From positions 334,854 through 398,853 of the forward strand of contig CAZSGP010000003.1 in the NCBI GenBank assembly GCA_964606485.1: a DNA stretch of 64,000 nucleotides. The letters are read 5' to 3'. This document shows positions 1-7,302 of the stretch, one piece after another; the first letter of the stretch is position 1, and each line of letters begins with the position of its first letter. Source of the DNA: an uncultured Planctomycetia bacterium (lineage in GTDB: Bacteria > Omnitrophota > Gorgyraeia > 2-02-FULL-51-18). Both the position numbers and the translations under genes were made by a program. The notes beneath the pieces are model-generated. The model saw only the letters and a program-made list of their open reading frames with translations, was not told the DNA's origin and made no database searches.

Positions 1-648
1 CGATCCAGTCCTCGTGAGGCCAATTGCTGGTGTAGGTGTAATTTTTTCCGGGTCTATCCGTCGAACACACCCAAGAACCCCAAAATAGAAAACTGGAAAG
101 TTGCTTTAATTTCACCGCGTCCGTTAACGCGCCTTGCGGAATGGCGTACGCAGACCTTCCTTTTGAAAAAATGTCACTGTAATAAGCGGCGTTGGCTTCA
201 AATGCTTCCTTGATAACAGGGTCCAGAACAATTTGCCCTGTGGATGAATCGTAGGTATTTGTACGGATTATCTTTTTAAGTCGAGCCAGAAGCCGCGCCT
301 GGTTTTCAGAATCCACATCCTTAAAATTTTTACTGAAATCCTTTTGCGACCAGGTATCGAGAATAAATCCGAGTTCACGGTGAAGCCAGTCGGCCGTCCA
401 ATCCGGAGCCACATAACTGCCGTGCCCCCAAAATGACCCGACTTCCATACCACCAATGGACTGCCACACATTTTGCCCGGCCGAAATATCCTCGCCCTTG
501 ATAAAAGCATCGCCGTCACTGGTTACGATTTGGCTAGGCATGGGAGGCGCGTGATGATAAATCTCCACTCCCTGCCAGCCCAAAACTCCAAACGAAACAA
601 GCATCACCGCTACAAATGCCCACCAATATTTTTTCATAAAAACCATAC
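1..648 (-). CDS. norZ: Quinol-dependent nitric oxide reductase (qNOR/NorZ), N-terminal 216 aa only; the gene continues past the window start
   Basis: The minus-strand translation from the ATG at 646-648 is MKKYWWAFVAVMLVSFG...GGMEVGSFWGHGSYVAPDWTADWLHRELGF. This matches the qNOR N-terminal extension (GGMEVGS.WGHG.Y.APDWTADWLHRE). It is absent from the ORF track only because it is truncated at position 1. Confidence 0.8.
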
Positions 649-665
649 CCCCTTTATTCGCTTAA

Positions 666-833
666 CTAAAACTGATTTGGATTAACCTCAGGAGACTCTT
701 GTCCATTTTCTTTAAAAATTCGTTTGTAACGACCACTACTTCGAATGATGCATCCTTTTTCAAGCGGCTGGCATTCTTTGCTTCGCAATTCACAAGAACC
801 GTCATTTTTAAGATAAGGGCAACTCCAGCTCAT
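666..833 (-). CDS. Small Cys-rich ORF of 55 aa (MSWSCPYLKNDGSCELRSKECQPLEKGCII...), between the secreted beta-sandwich gene and norZ
   Basis: The ATG at 831-833 lies 8 nt after the upstream gene's stop, and the TAG lies 18 nt before the norZ start. There are four Cys residues at regular 7-9-aa spacing. It is too short to appear in the ORF track. Confidence 0.3.
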   Translation of the reverse strand: MSWSCPYLKNDGSCELRSKECQPLEKGCIIRSSGRYKRIFKENGQESPEVNPNQF

Positions 834-840
834 GGATCAA

Positions 841-1527
841 TTATTTATTTTCCTTCAGCGTAAAATTCGACTCGTTGGCACCTTCTTTAATTTCAATTGT
901 TTGCTTAGATTTCCCAAGCCATTCCTGCCAAATCTCCGCTTCGTATTTCCCCGGCGGCAAATTTTCGATTGTAAAATTTCCATTAGCATCGGTCATGGCG
1001 AACGGTTCATCTAACACCGCGATATACGCGCTCATCCAAGTGTGCCCCGCGTCACAGCGCAATTTTAAGATACCCGGCTTTTCCAGCTTCTTGATCACTT
1101 CCATGCCTGGAATTGGCACCGCAATGTTAAACGCTGTGGTCTTGTCTTCATTGAAGGCATGCGTGTTGTGCAGAACTGCGTCACTGCTTGTAATCACAAG
1201 CTTCGATCCGGTCGGCAGTGCTTGCACATGCGGAACAAATTGGCAATGAATCTGATCAAGATCCCCTTTACCCGCAGGGACAACCCCCTTTAATCCCAAA
1301 ACACGGACAACCGCATTTGCAATTCCCTTATTTTCTCCGAGAAGAATTTTCGGGACCTCTTGATGATCTCCGCAGGTTGCGTTATCGAGCTTCACGTCCA
1401 CGGTCTCTGCGGCCGGAGGCGTACCCTCAAAAATGACGCGGCCCTTCAAAGCACCTTGCGCATGCGCGGCTGTCGAAAAAACTGCCAAGGATAAAACAAT
1501 AAGAAAGCTGATTTTATTTTTAATCAT
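841..1527 (-). CDS. Secreted protein with a carboxypeptidase-regulatory-like (beta-sandwich) C-terminal domain
   Basis: Signal peptide MIKNKISFLIVLSLAVFSTAAHA. The C-terminal motif GNFTIENLPPGKYEAEIW is typical of the CarboxypepD_reg fold. The gene is tightly packed between nirK and norZ. Confidence 0.55.
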   Translation of the reverse strand: MIKNKISFLIVLSLAVFSTAAHAQGALKGRVIFEGTPPAAETVDVKLDNATCGDHQEVPKILLGENKGIANAVVRVLGLKGVVPAGKGDLDQIHCQFVPHVQALPTGSKLVITSSDAVLHNTHAFNEDKTTAFNIAVPIPGMEVIKKLEKPGILKLRCDAGHTWMSAYIAVLDEPFAMTDANGNFTIENLPPGKYEAEIWQEWLGKSKQTIEIKEGANESNFTLKENK

Positions 1528-1529
1528 TT

Positions 1530-2567
1530 TTATTCGCCTCCCTGAACTTGTTTTAAAATATCAGGCCGGTCATCTCCTTCAATATGAATCTGACCCGTTG
1601 CGCCTTTATTGATTCTGAATATGCTGTGATCGACCATGACATAGTCCCCAGGCACTAAGGCTTTAAATTCAACGGTGCTGGCGCTTCCGGCTGGGATGAG
1701 CGTCGTTTGGATATTTTCACCGGGATTCGTAAGCGAGCCTTCCCGATACACCTTGTCAAACACCATGCCGATCACGTGAAATGACGACACAAGATTTGGG
1801 CCGATATTTCCCACATACAAGCGAATGGTTTCGCCCGTTTTGGCTTGCAACGCGTTGTCTCCCATCAAAGCTCCCACGCGCCCGTTGAATACCACGTACG
1901 TCGGCTTCTCATCTAACCCTTTTTGAGAGGAAAATGTCGCAAGCCCCTTCGTGCCGATAGGCTGCTCAGTGTAAAATTCGCTCTGCATCACATAAAATTC
2001 GTGATCCACTTTTGGCAATCCATTTTTTGGCTGCACCAAAATTAAACCGTAAAGACCGTTGGCAATATGAACGGGAATCGGCTGCGCGCCGCAGTGATAC
2101 ACAAAAAGCCCCGGACTGACGGCCTTAGCCGAAACAATCGCCTCTTTTCCAGGCTCAGTTGATAAAATGCATGCCGCTCCGCAAGGACCGGTCATGGAAT
2201 GAAAATCAATGGTGTGGGTATTCTTGGAGTCAGCTGAATTTTTAAAATGAAATTCGATGGTGTCCCCTTCGCGCACGCGGACAAACGGGCCAGGCACCTG
2301 TTTGTTGTAACCCCAATAATCGTACTGAACCCCCTTAGAAAGATCTCCTCGAAATTCATCAGAAGATAAATTCACAATCACCTTCACCTCGTAATTGCGC
2401 TCAATGACCGGAGGCACATTCGGTGCAGTGCCTAGCACAGCTTCGATCACCGGAAGCTCATTTGGCTGGGCCGCTTTTTCTTGGGCTTGCGCGCTTGAGA
2501 CCATCAAAATTATACCGAGTGACAGAAAACTAAAAAAAACTCCAATTTTCTCTAGATTACGATTCAT
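1530..2567 (-). CDS. nirK: Copper-containing nitrite reductase NirK
   Basis: Motifs THTIDFHSMTG and YHCGAQPIPVHIANGLYG match the NirK type1/type2 Cu ligand regions. The start is taken at MNRNLEK (ATG 2565-2567), which has a signal peptide and an AAGGGGG Shine-Dalgarno (SD) sequence. The track ORF extends to 2645. Confidence 0.85.
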   Translation of the reverse strand: MNRNLEKIGVFFSFLSLGIILMVSSAQAQEKAAQPNELPVIEAVLGTAPNVPPVIERNYEVKVIVNLSSDEFRGDLSKGVQYDYWGYNKQVPGPFVRVREGDTIEFHFKNSADSKNTHTIDFHSMTGPCGAACILSTEPGKEAIVSAKAVSPGLFVYHCGAQPIPVHIANGLYGLILVQPKNGLPKVDHEFYVMQSEFYTEQPIGTKGLATFSSQKGLDEKPTYVVFNGRVGALMGDNALQAKTGETIRLYVGNIGPNLVSSFHVIGMVFDKVYREGSLTNPGENIQTTLIPAGSASTVEFKALVPGDYVMVDHSIFRINKGATGQIHIEGDDRPDILKQVQGGE

Positions 2568-2580
2568 AACCCGCCCCCTT

Positions 2581-3069
2581 TTAGGATGTGCTGTATCCAA
2601 ATACTTTTTGCATGCCCTTAGACAAAACTGTTCTTCCGTTTTCATTTCGATAACTGCGCTTCTTAGACTTACAGGTGTCTGCGATTGTTTCCTTAGACAA
2701 TTTTTGTTTCATTTGGCTTGCCGCCTTAACCCAAACTCCGTGTAAACAACAGGGGTTTTTGTCGTTGCACTCGGTCTGCCCCATCACGCAATTGGAAAGG
2801 GGTGACTCGGAAATATTATCCAACGCGGTTACCACCTGAAGCAGGGTTAATTTCTTAGCATCAACGCGAAGCGAGTAACCGCCTTTTGGCCCGCTTTTGG
2901 AAGCGACGATCTTAGCTCGGGACAAACATTGAAATATTTTAGCGGCGTAGGCCTGCGGCACACCCGCCTGCGCGTTCACCTCCATAATGGTCGCCGAACG
3001 ACCATTCTCTAGCAACGCCAGATACTGCAGCGCACGGATCGCGTATTGACAGGTTTTCGAATAAATCAT
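2581..3069 (-). CDS. nsrR: Rrf2-family transcriptional regulator, probably the NO sensor NsrR
   Basis: The N-terminus MIYSKTCQYAIRALQYLA is an Rrf2 helix-turn-helix (HTH). A C-terminal Cys cluster (CVMGQTEC...NPCC) fits Fe-S ligands. The stop lies 13 nt before the nirK start. The start is set at ATG 3067-3069 because a sigma70-like promoter lies upstream; the track's ATG at 3120 sits inside the promoter spacer. Confidence 0.75.
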   Translation of the reverse strand: MIYSKTCQYAIRALQYLALLENGRSATIMEVNAQAGVPQAYAAKIFQCLSRAKIVASKSGPKGGYSLRVDAKKLTLLQVVTALDNISESPLSNCVMGQTECNDKNPCCLHGVWVKAASQMKQKLSKETIADTCKSKKRSYRNENGRTVLSKGMQKVFGYSTS

Positions 3070-3091
3070 AGCTCGCCCTCTATTCTGGATA

Positions 3092-3120
3092 ATAATATCC
3101 TGAATTGAGCTCATAGTCAA
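3092..3120 (-). promoter_or_regulatory. Sigma70-type promoter for nsrR-nirK with an overlapping inverted repeat
   Basis: On the minus strand: TTGACT (3115-3120), a 17-nt spacer, then TATTAT (3092-3097). A GAGGG SD follows before the ATG at 3069. The 14-bp inverted repeat GGATA-N4-TATCC (3087-3100) overlaps the -10 box. Confidence 0.4.
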
Positions 3121-3196
3121 AATATTTTTTAACGGAAGATCGGATTGGTATACGCAAGGACGGACTTTAGGACAATGAAACTTTAAAGGGTGCGGC

Positions 3197-3652
3197 TTAC
3201 CTTCGTAGTTCTTTCTTCCAATCCAGCGGCATGACAGGAGCGACGGATTCGTAACGCCCCCACTCTGCTTTCGGAAGCAGCACCATCAACTCAAACTCAT
3301 TTCCGTCGGGATCGGCACCATAGACCGATTTGGTCGCTCCATGATCGCTTTCGCCCGTAAACGCTTTTGCTTTTGTCAGCAGTTCACGCGCTGCCGCCAA
3401 TTCTTTGATGTCGGATAATTCCCAAGCCAGATGATAAAGACCCGTACTCCCCCGCGGGGGCTTGAGCGCTTTGTCGCCCATTTCCAATAATCCCAAATCA
3501 TGATGATTTTCGGATTTCTCCGCTCGAAGAAAAGCCATGCGACCTTCCCGGGCAATCACTTTAAATCCAAAAATGTCGCGGTAAAACGCGAGAGAGCGCT
3601 CAAGGCTAGAGACGAAAAGAACGGCGTGATTGAGTCGGCGGATGGGAAGCAT
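3197..3652 (-). CDS. VOC/glyoxalase-bleomycin-resistance family protein
   Basis: 151 aa, MLPIRRLNHAVLFVSSLERSLAFYRDIFGF... The betaalphabetabetabeta glyoxalase fold signature is present. Confidence 0.7.
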   Translation of the reverse strand: MLPIRRLNHAVLFVSSLERSLAFYRDIFGFKVIAREGRMAFLRAEKSENHHDLGLLEMGDKALKPPRGSTGLYHLAWELSDIKELAAARELLTKAKAFTGESDHGATKSVYGADPDGNEFELMVLLPKAEWGRYESVAPVMPLDWKKELRR

Positions 3653-3715
3653 TTTTTAGTCCTCGCTCACACCATTATAGCGGTTTTAAAGACTCAAGTC
3701 CCGGATGGCTTAACT

Positions 3716-4528
3716 TTATACTTTGACCACGCTATCAAAAAACATTGCGGCTTCGTAGGATAACGACGCTTCCAACGGCTCAACAACCATTAGATTCATT
3801 ATAGAATGGTCCCCGACAAACATTTTACCGACTATTCTTATTTCATAATCCCCGATTTTTTTAATTCCAGAGTACGTTCCAATCTTTCCGAGAGTCTCCT
3901 TGTTCTGATAAATTGAAATTTCTGGATTTTGAATCGATGCGATGTGCGCATAAGCGTTCAACCTTTCTTGAAAATTGGCGATAAACGCGTTGCCATCAAC
4001 ATTAGAAATAAATTCGGCACGCAATTGAGGAAAGATTTCCATATTGGCTGTTTCAAAAACCAACGTCTGGATATTGTTTACCATGGCGTCGCGTTTTTTA
4101 AACTGATTTGGAAAAATAACTGCATACTCACTGCCATAGGCAGAAACTTTATGCGTTCCATCCGCGCTGGGACCGCGTTGATTCGTTGGCCGATTGCTTT
4201 GAATGCTCAGCGCAATCTGCGTGACACTCATCGCGATAAAAAGTGCCGTTGAAGCAATAGCGAGCCACTTACCGTTGCGGCTCTCCTGTTTAATCCAACT
4301 CACTAAGCCCGTGGCAAATGCCATGAGCGTAAATATATTTATTCCAAATAAATAGAGAACGCTCGATACTAAAAGTGTCGCGGATGGATGCCGAAGCGCC
4401 CTAGAAATACTGGAGTCGCCGATCGGGACGCCGATAAAGTACCCAACCAGCAAGAGCAAATTTATGGCAAAGGAAATCCACCCGAGTATAAGTTTTGGAG
4501 ATTGCTTTAGTTGCGAATTTTCGCTCAT
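3716..4528 (-). CDS. Integral membrane protein, function unknown
   Basis: 270 aa. The N-terminal and central regions are strongly hydrophobic (multiple predicted transmembrane (TM) helices). Confidence 0.6.
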   Translation of the reverse strand: MSENSQLKQSPKLILGWISFAINLLLLVGYFIGVPIGDSSISRALRHPSATLLVSSVLYLFGINIFTLMAFATGLVSWIKQESRNGKWLAIASTALFIAMSVTQIALSIQSNRPTNQRGPSADGTHKVSAYGSEYAVIFPNQFKKRDAMVNNIQTLVFETANMEIFPQLRAEFISNVDGNAFIANFQERLNAYAHIASIQNPEISIYQNKETLGKIGTYSGIKKIGDYEIRIVGKMFVGDHSIMNLMVVEPLEASLSYEAAMFFDSVVKV

Positions 4529-4615
4529 AAGGTCTCACTTTGAGAATTATCATAGAGCGTGGCCAACTATTGTGAAATAGGGGCAACTCCTAAATCTTCT
4601 GTAAGGGAAATTATT

Positions 4616-5269
4616 TTATTTTCTTAAGATAATATGAGTCGCATCATCCGTCGCGACGCGTTCAGCTAATTTGAAGCCCAGCGCCAAAAAATCAACGCCG
4701 CTTAGCAGATTTTCTCCCTGACCCAAAAAGACGGGTGAAAAAGCCAAATGAAGCTCGTCGATCAGACCCGCCTTTAGATACTGGCGAACTGTGGAAACGC
4801 CGCCACCGATGCGCACGTCCTTATTCTTAGCGGCCTCTTTGGCTTTTTTTAGAGCGGATTCGATTCCATCGGTGACGAAATAAAAAGTCGTTCCACCTTG
4901 CATCGTGATTGGCTTGCGCGCATGGTGAGTCAAAACGAATACCGGCACGTGATACGGCGGATTGTCTCCCCACCATCCTTTCCAGTTCTCGTCGAGCCAA
5001 GGACCGCGCACCGGCCCAAACATGTTGCGTCCGAGTATCCAGGCGCCGAGATTCTCCTGAGACTTCACGGCGATCTCATTATCCACTCCCGTTGTCCCGC
5101 CATCTTGGCCGAACATCTTTCGGAAAAAATGAGTCTTGAGCAGCCATTGATGAAGCGGCATGGCGCCCTTGCCCATCGGATCTTTTAAACTCTGCTCAGG
5201 TCCTGCGCCGAATCCGTCCATCGACACGGAAAAGCCGGCAACTTTGACTTTGCTCACCGCACTCCCCAA
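4616..5269 (-). CDS. Dihydrofolate reductase family protein (RibD C-terminal domain type)
   Basis: 217 aa, with FSVSMDGFGAGPEQ...RIGGGVSTVRQYLKAGLIDELHLAFSPVFLG as in the YwjB/RibD_C family. Confidence 0.7.
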   Translation of the reverse strand: MGSAVSKVKVAGFSVSMDGFGAGPEQSLKDPMGKGAMPLHQWLLKTHFFRKMFGQDGGTTGVDNEIAVKSQENLGAWILGRNMFGPVRGPWLDENWKGWWGDNPPYHVPVFVLTHHARKPITMQGGTTFYFVTDGIESALKKAKEAAKNKDVRIGGGVSTVRQYLKAGLIDELHLAFSPVFLGQGENLLSGVDFLALGFKLAERVATDDATHIILRK

Positions 5270-5982
5270 ATCTTATGAAGCTGCGGAATCATCCGCACAT
5301 CAAACAGCGATTCTTTGGCGAGGCTGAAGAATTTCTCTTCAATGAGTTTGAGCGCTTTGGGATTGATCCCAACCGGGTCACTCAGCGGCTGGAAGATAAA
5401 TGGCAGATTCGGATTAATATTTTTGACGGTATCGATGCAGACCTTAATTTCCTCAACCTTGGTTTCAGGTGTCACCACCACTTTTACAAACACTTCTTTT
5501 TGAATGGCTACTTTCAGAAACGCTTCGTGTTCTTTTTCAAAATTTTTATCACCCGTGCTAGACGAGGGCTTCATGTCCATTGCGATAATGTCGCACCACT
5601 TGACGACTTGCTCAAGCTCGCGCGTCAGAGTGCCGTTGGTTTCCAAATAAGTCGTCATCCCCTTTTCTTTCAGCTTAGGGAGTAAGTTTTTCAGGAAAGG
5701 TGTATAAAACAGCGGCTCGCCGCCCGTCAGAGACACCGAGTGATGCTCGCCTTTTTCGAGTTCCATTTGCCCGATCTCGTCCAACAACTTTTCGAGACTG
5801 TAGGTTGAGAACGCGCCTTTTTGCATCTTCTCAAGCTCATCGCAGTAGCCGCAGTGCATGTTGCAGCGGCCAAATCGCACAAAAATTTGTTTTACGCCCA
5901 AATAAGGTCCTTCGCCCTGAAGAGAAGAAAAGATCTCACTAATTTCAGTTTGGGTTGATTTATCGATTATTTTTTGTGTCAT
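5254..5982 (-). CDS. queE: 7-carboxy-7-deazaguanine synthase QueE (radical SAM)
   Basis: 242 aa, with CNMHCGYCD and GGEPL motifs. Confidence 0.85.
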   Translation of the reverse strand: MTQKIIDKSTQTEISEIFSSLQGEGPYLGVKQIFVRFGRCNMHCGYCDELEKMQKGAFSTYSLEKLLDEIGQMELEKGEHHSVSLTGGEPLFYTPFLKNLLPKLKEKGMTTYLETNGTLTRELEQVVKWCDIIAMDMKPSSSTGDKNFEKEHEAFLKVAIQKEVFVKVVVTPETKVEEIKVCIDTVKNINPNLPFIFQPLSDPVGINPKALKLIEEKFFSLAKESLFDVRMIPQLHKIWGVR

Positions 5983-5996
5983 AAACTCTCATAAAT

Positions 5997-6074
5997 GTCA
6001 TTGCGAGCCTCAGCGAAGCAATCTCGTTCTTAAGAGCTAGATTGCTTCGTCGCCTGCGGGCTCCTCGCAATGAC
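5997..6074. repeat. 78-bp imperfect palindrome (REP-like element) between queD and queE
   Basis: GTCATTGCGAG...CGAAGCAATCT // AGATTGCTTCG...CTCGCAATGAC. The outer and inner arms are each 11 bp and perfect, with an asymmetric internal loop. Confidence 0.6.
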
Positions 6075-6077
6075 GCG

Positions 6078-6452
6078 TTAAGGTAGAAAGCTTGCGCTAG
6101 CATCTGGGGTCTCCCAAACCGTCACTTTTGTAATTTTTGCACTGGGCATTTTTAATTTCTGCGTAAGTTTGTCATGAATGACTCTTGCAATATTTTCAGT
6201 AGAAGGGTTGAGCTTGTCGTCTTTAAAAATGGGGTTGTCGTTGATCGATGTAAAATTAAACTCAGCGAGCACGCTTTTAAGCGCGGGCTTGAGCGCTTCG
6301 AAATCCACCACGACACCCATGGAATCCAGTTTTTCGGCTTGCATCAAAACCGCTACTTTCCAGTTGTGACCGTGCCGCGGCTCGTAGGAGCCGTCATAAA
6401 GTTTTAGAAAATGGGCCGCGCTGAATTCGTCGGTGACTTCAATTTGAAACAT
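6078..6452 (-). CDS. queD: 6-carboxy-5,6,7,8-tetrahydropterin synthase QueD
   Basis: 124 aa, with the EFSAAHFL...HGHNW PTPS-family motif. Confidence 0.85.
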   Translation of the reverse strand: MFQIEVTDEFSAAHFLKLYDGSYEPRHGHNWKVAVLMQAEKLDSMGVVVDFEALKPALKSVLAEFNFTSINDNPIFKDDKLNPSTENIARVIHDKLTQKLKMPSAKITKVTVWETPDASASFLP

Positions 6453-7248
6453 AATCCGCCACTTTTGCGACTGATTGTAAGGAACGTCCCAGGAAGCGCT
6501 CGCCGAGTGTGCGAAATTGCTCCGGCTCGTCGGATACGTAAAACCGTGTGTCTTGGTAGGATTTTTCGGCGCGATGAAGCTTGAGCGACTGCAAAAGTTT
6601 TTTCGCTTCGCGCGCCGTTTCTTCGGCGGAGTTCACGAGCTTCACTTTCGGCCCCACGGCTTCTTGGATAATTTTAGTTAAGAGCGGATAATGCGTGCAC
6701 CCCAAAATCAGCGTATCGATGTCAAAATTTTTAAACGAATCCAAATAAATTTTTGCGACCCGGCTCACCACTTCTCCCTGCAGCCAGCCCTCTTCCACGA
6801 GCGGCACAAACATGGGGCACGCTTCGCTGTACACTTTCACCTTGGGGTCGAGGCGCTTGATGCACGTTTCATACGCACCGCTTCCAATCGTAGCTTTGGT
6901 CCCAATAATTCCTACGCGCCCGTTTTTCGTCTCTGCCAATGCCTGCCGCGCACCAGGCTCAATCACCCCAATAATCGGAATATTAAAATTTTTCTTAAGC
7001 TCATCCATGGAAAGTGACGACGCGGTGTTGCACGCGACCACCACGAGCTTACTTTGAAAGCTCTGCAAAAACTTTACGTTCTCAACGGAAAATTTGGTGA
7101 TGGTTTCCTTAGACTTCGTCCCGTAAGGCACGTGGGCAGTGTCCCCGAAATAAACCAGGTCCTCGTACGGCATTTCCTCGCGAATCGCCTTTAAAACGGT
7201 GAGTCCGCCGATACCGGAGTCAAAAATTCCTATGGGGTGATCTGTCAT
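6439..7248 (-). CDS. murI: Glutamate racemase
   Basis: IGIFDSGIGGLTV...VVACNTAS...GCTHYP. Confidence 0.9.
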   Translation of the reverse strand: MTDHPIGIFDSGIGGLTVLKAIREEMPYEDLVYFGDTAHVPYGTKSKETITKFSVENVKFLQSFQSKLVVVACNTASSLSMDELKKNFNIPIIGVIEPGARQALAETKNGRVGIIGTKATIGSGAYETCIKRLDPKVKVYSEACPMFVPLVEEGWLQGEVVSRVAKIYLDSFKNFDIDTLILGCTHYPLLTKIIQEAVGPKVKLVNSAEETAREAKKLLQSLKLHRAEKSYQDTRFYVSDEPEQFRTLGERFLGRSLQSVAKVADYVSN

Positions 7249-7271
7249 AATCCCAAAAGTATAACATACCT

Positions 7272-7302
7272 AGTTCAGATCCGGGATCTGAACTGGTATA
7301 AT
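7272..7302 (+). promoter_or_regulatory. Perfect 23-bp palindrome plus an extended -10 box in the murI/helicase divergent region
   Basis: AGTTCAGATC-CGG-GATCTGAACT (7272-7294) is immediately followed by TGGTATAAT (7294-7302). The TATAAT overlaps the annotated helicase ATG at 7301. Confidence 0.4.

Noticed and set aside
268-519. 83-aa minus-strand ORF
   Set aside because: It lies in an alternative frame inside the clearly homologous qNOR coding sequence.
875-1249. 124-aa plus-strand ORF
   Set aside because: It is antisense to the nirK-adjacent secreted protein gene and has no features.
2581-3120. 179-aa version of the Rrf2 ORF starting at ATG 3120
   Set aside because: The promoter TTGACT-17-TATTAT lies inside this extension. 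The Rrf2 HTH begins at MIYSKT, so the start is 3069.
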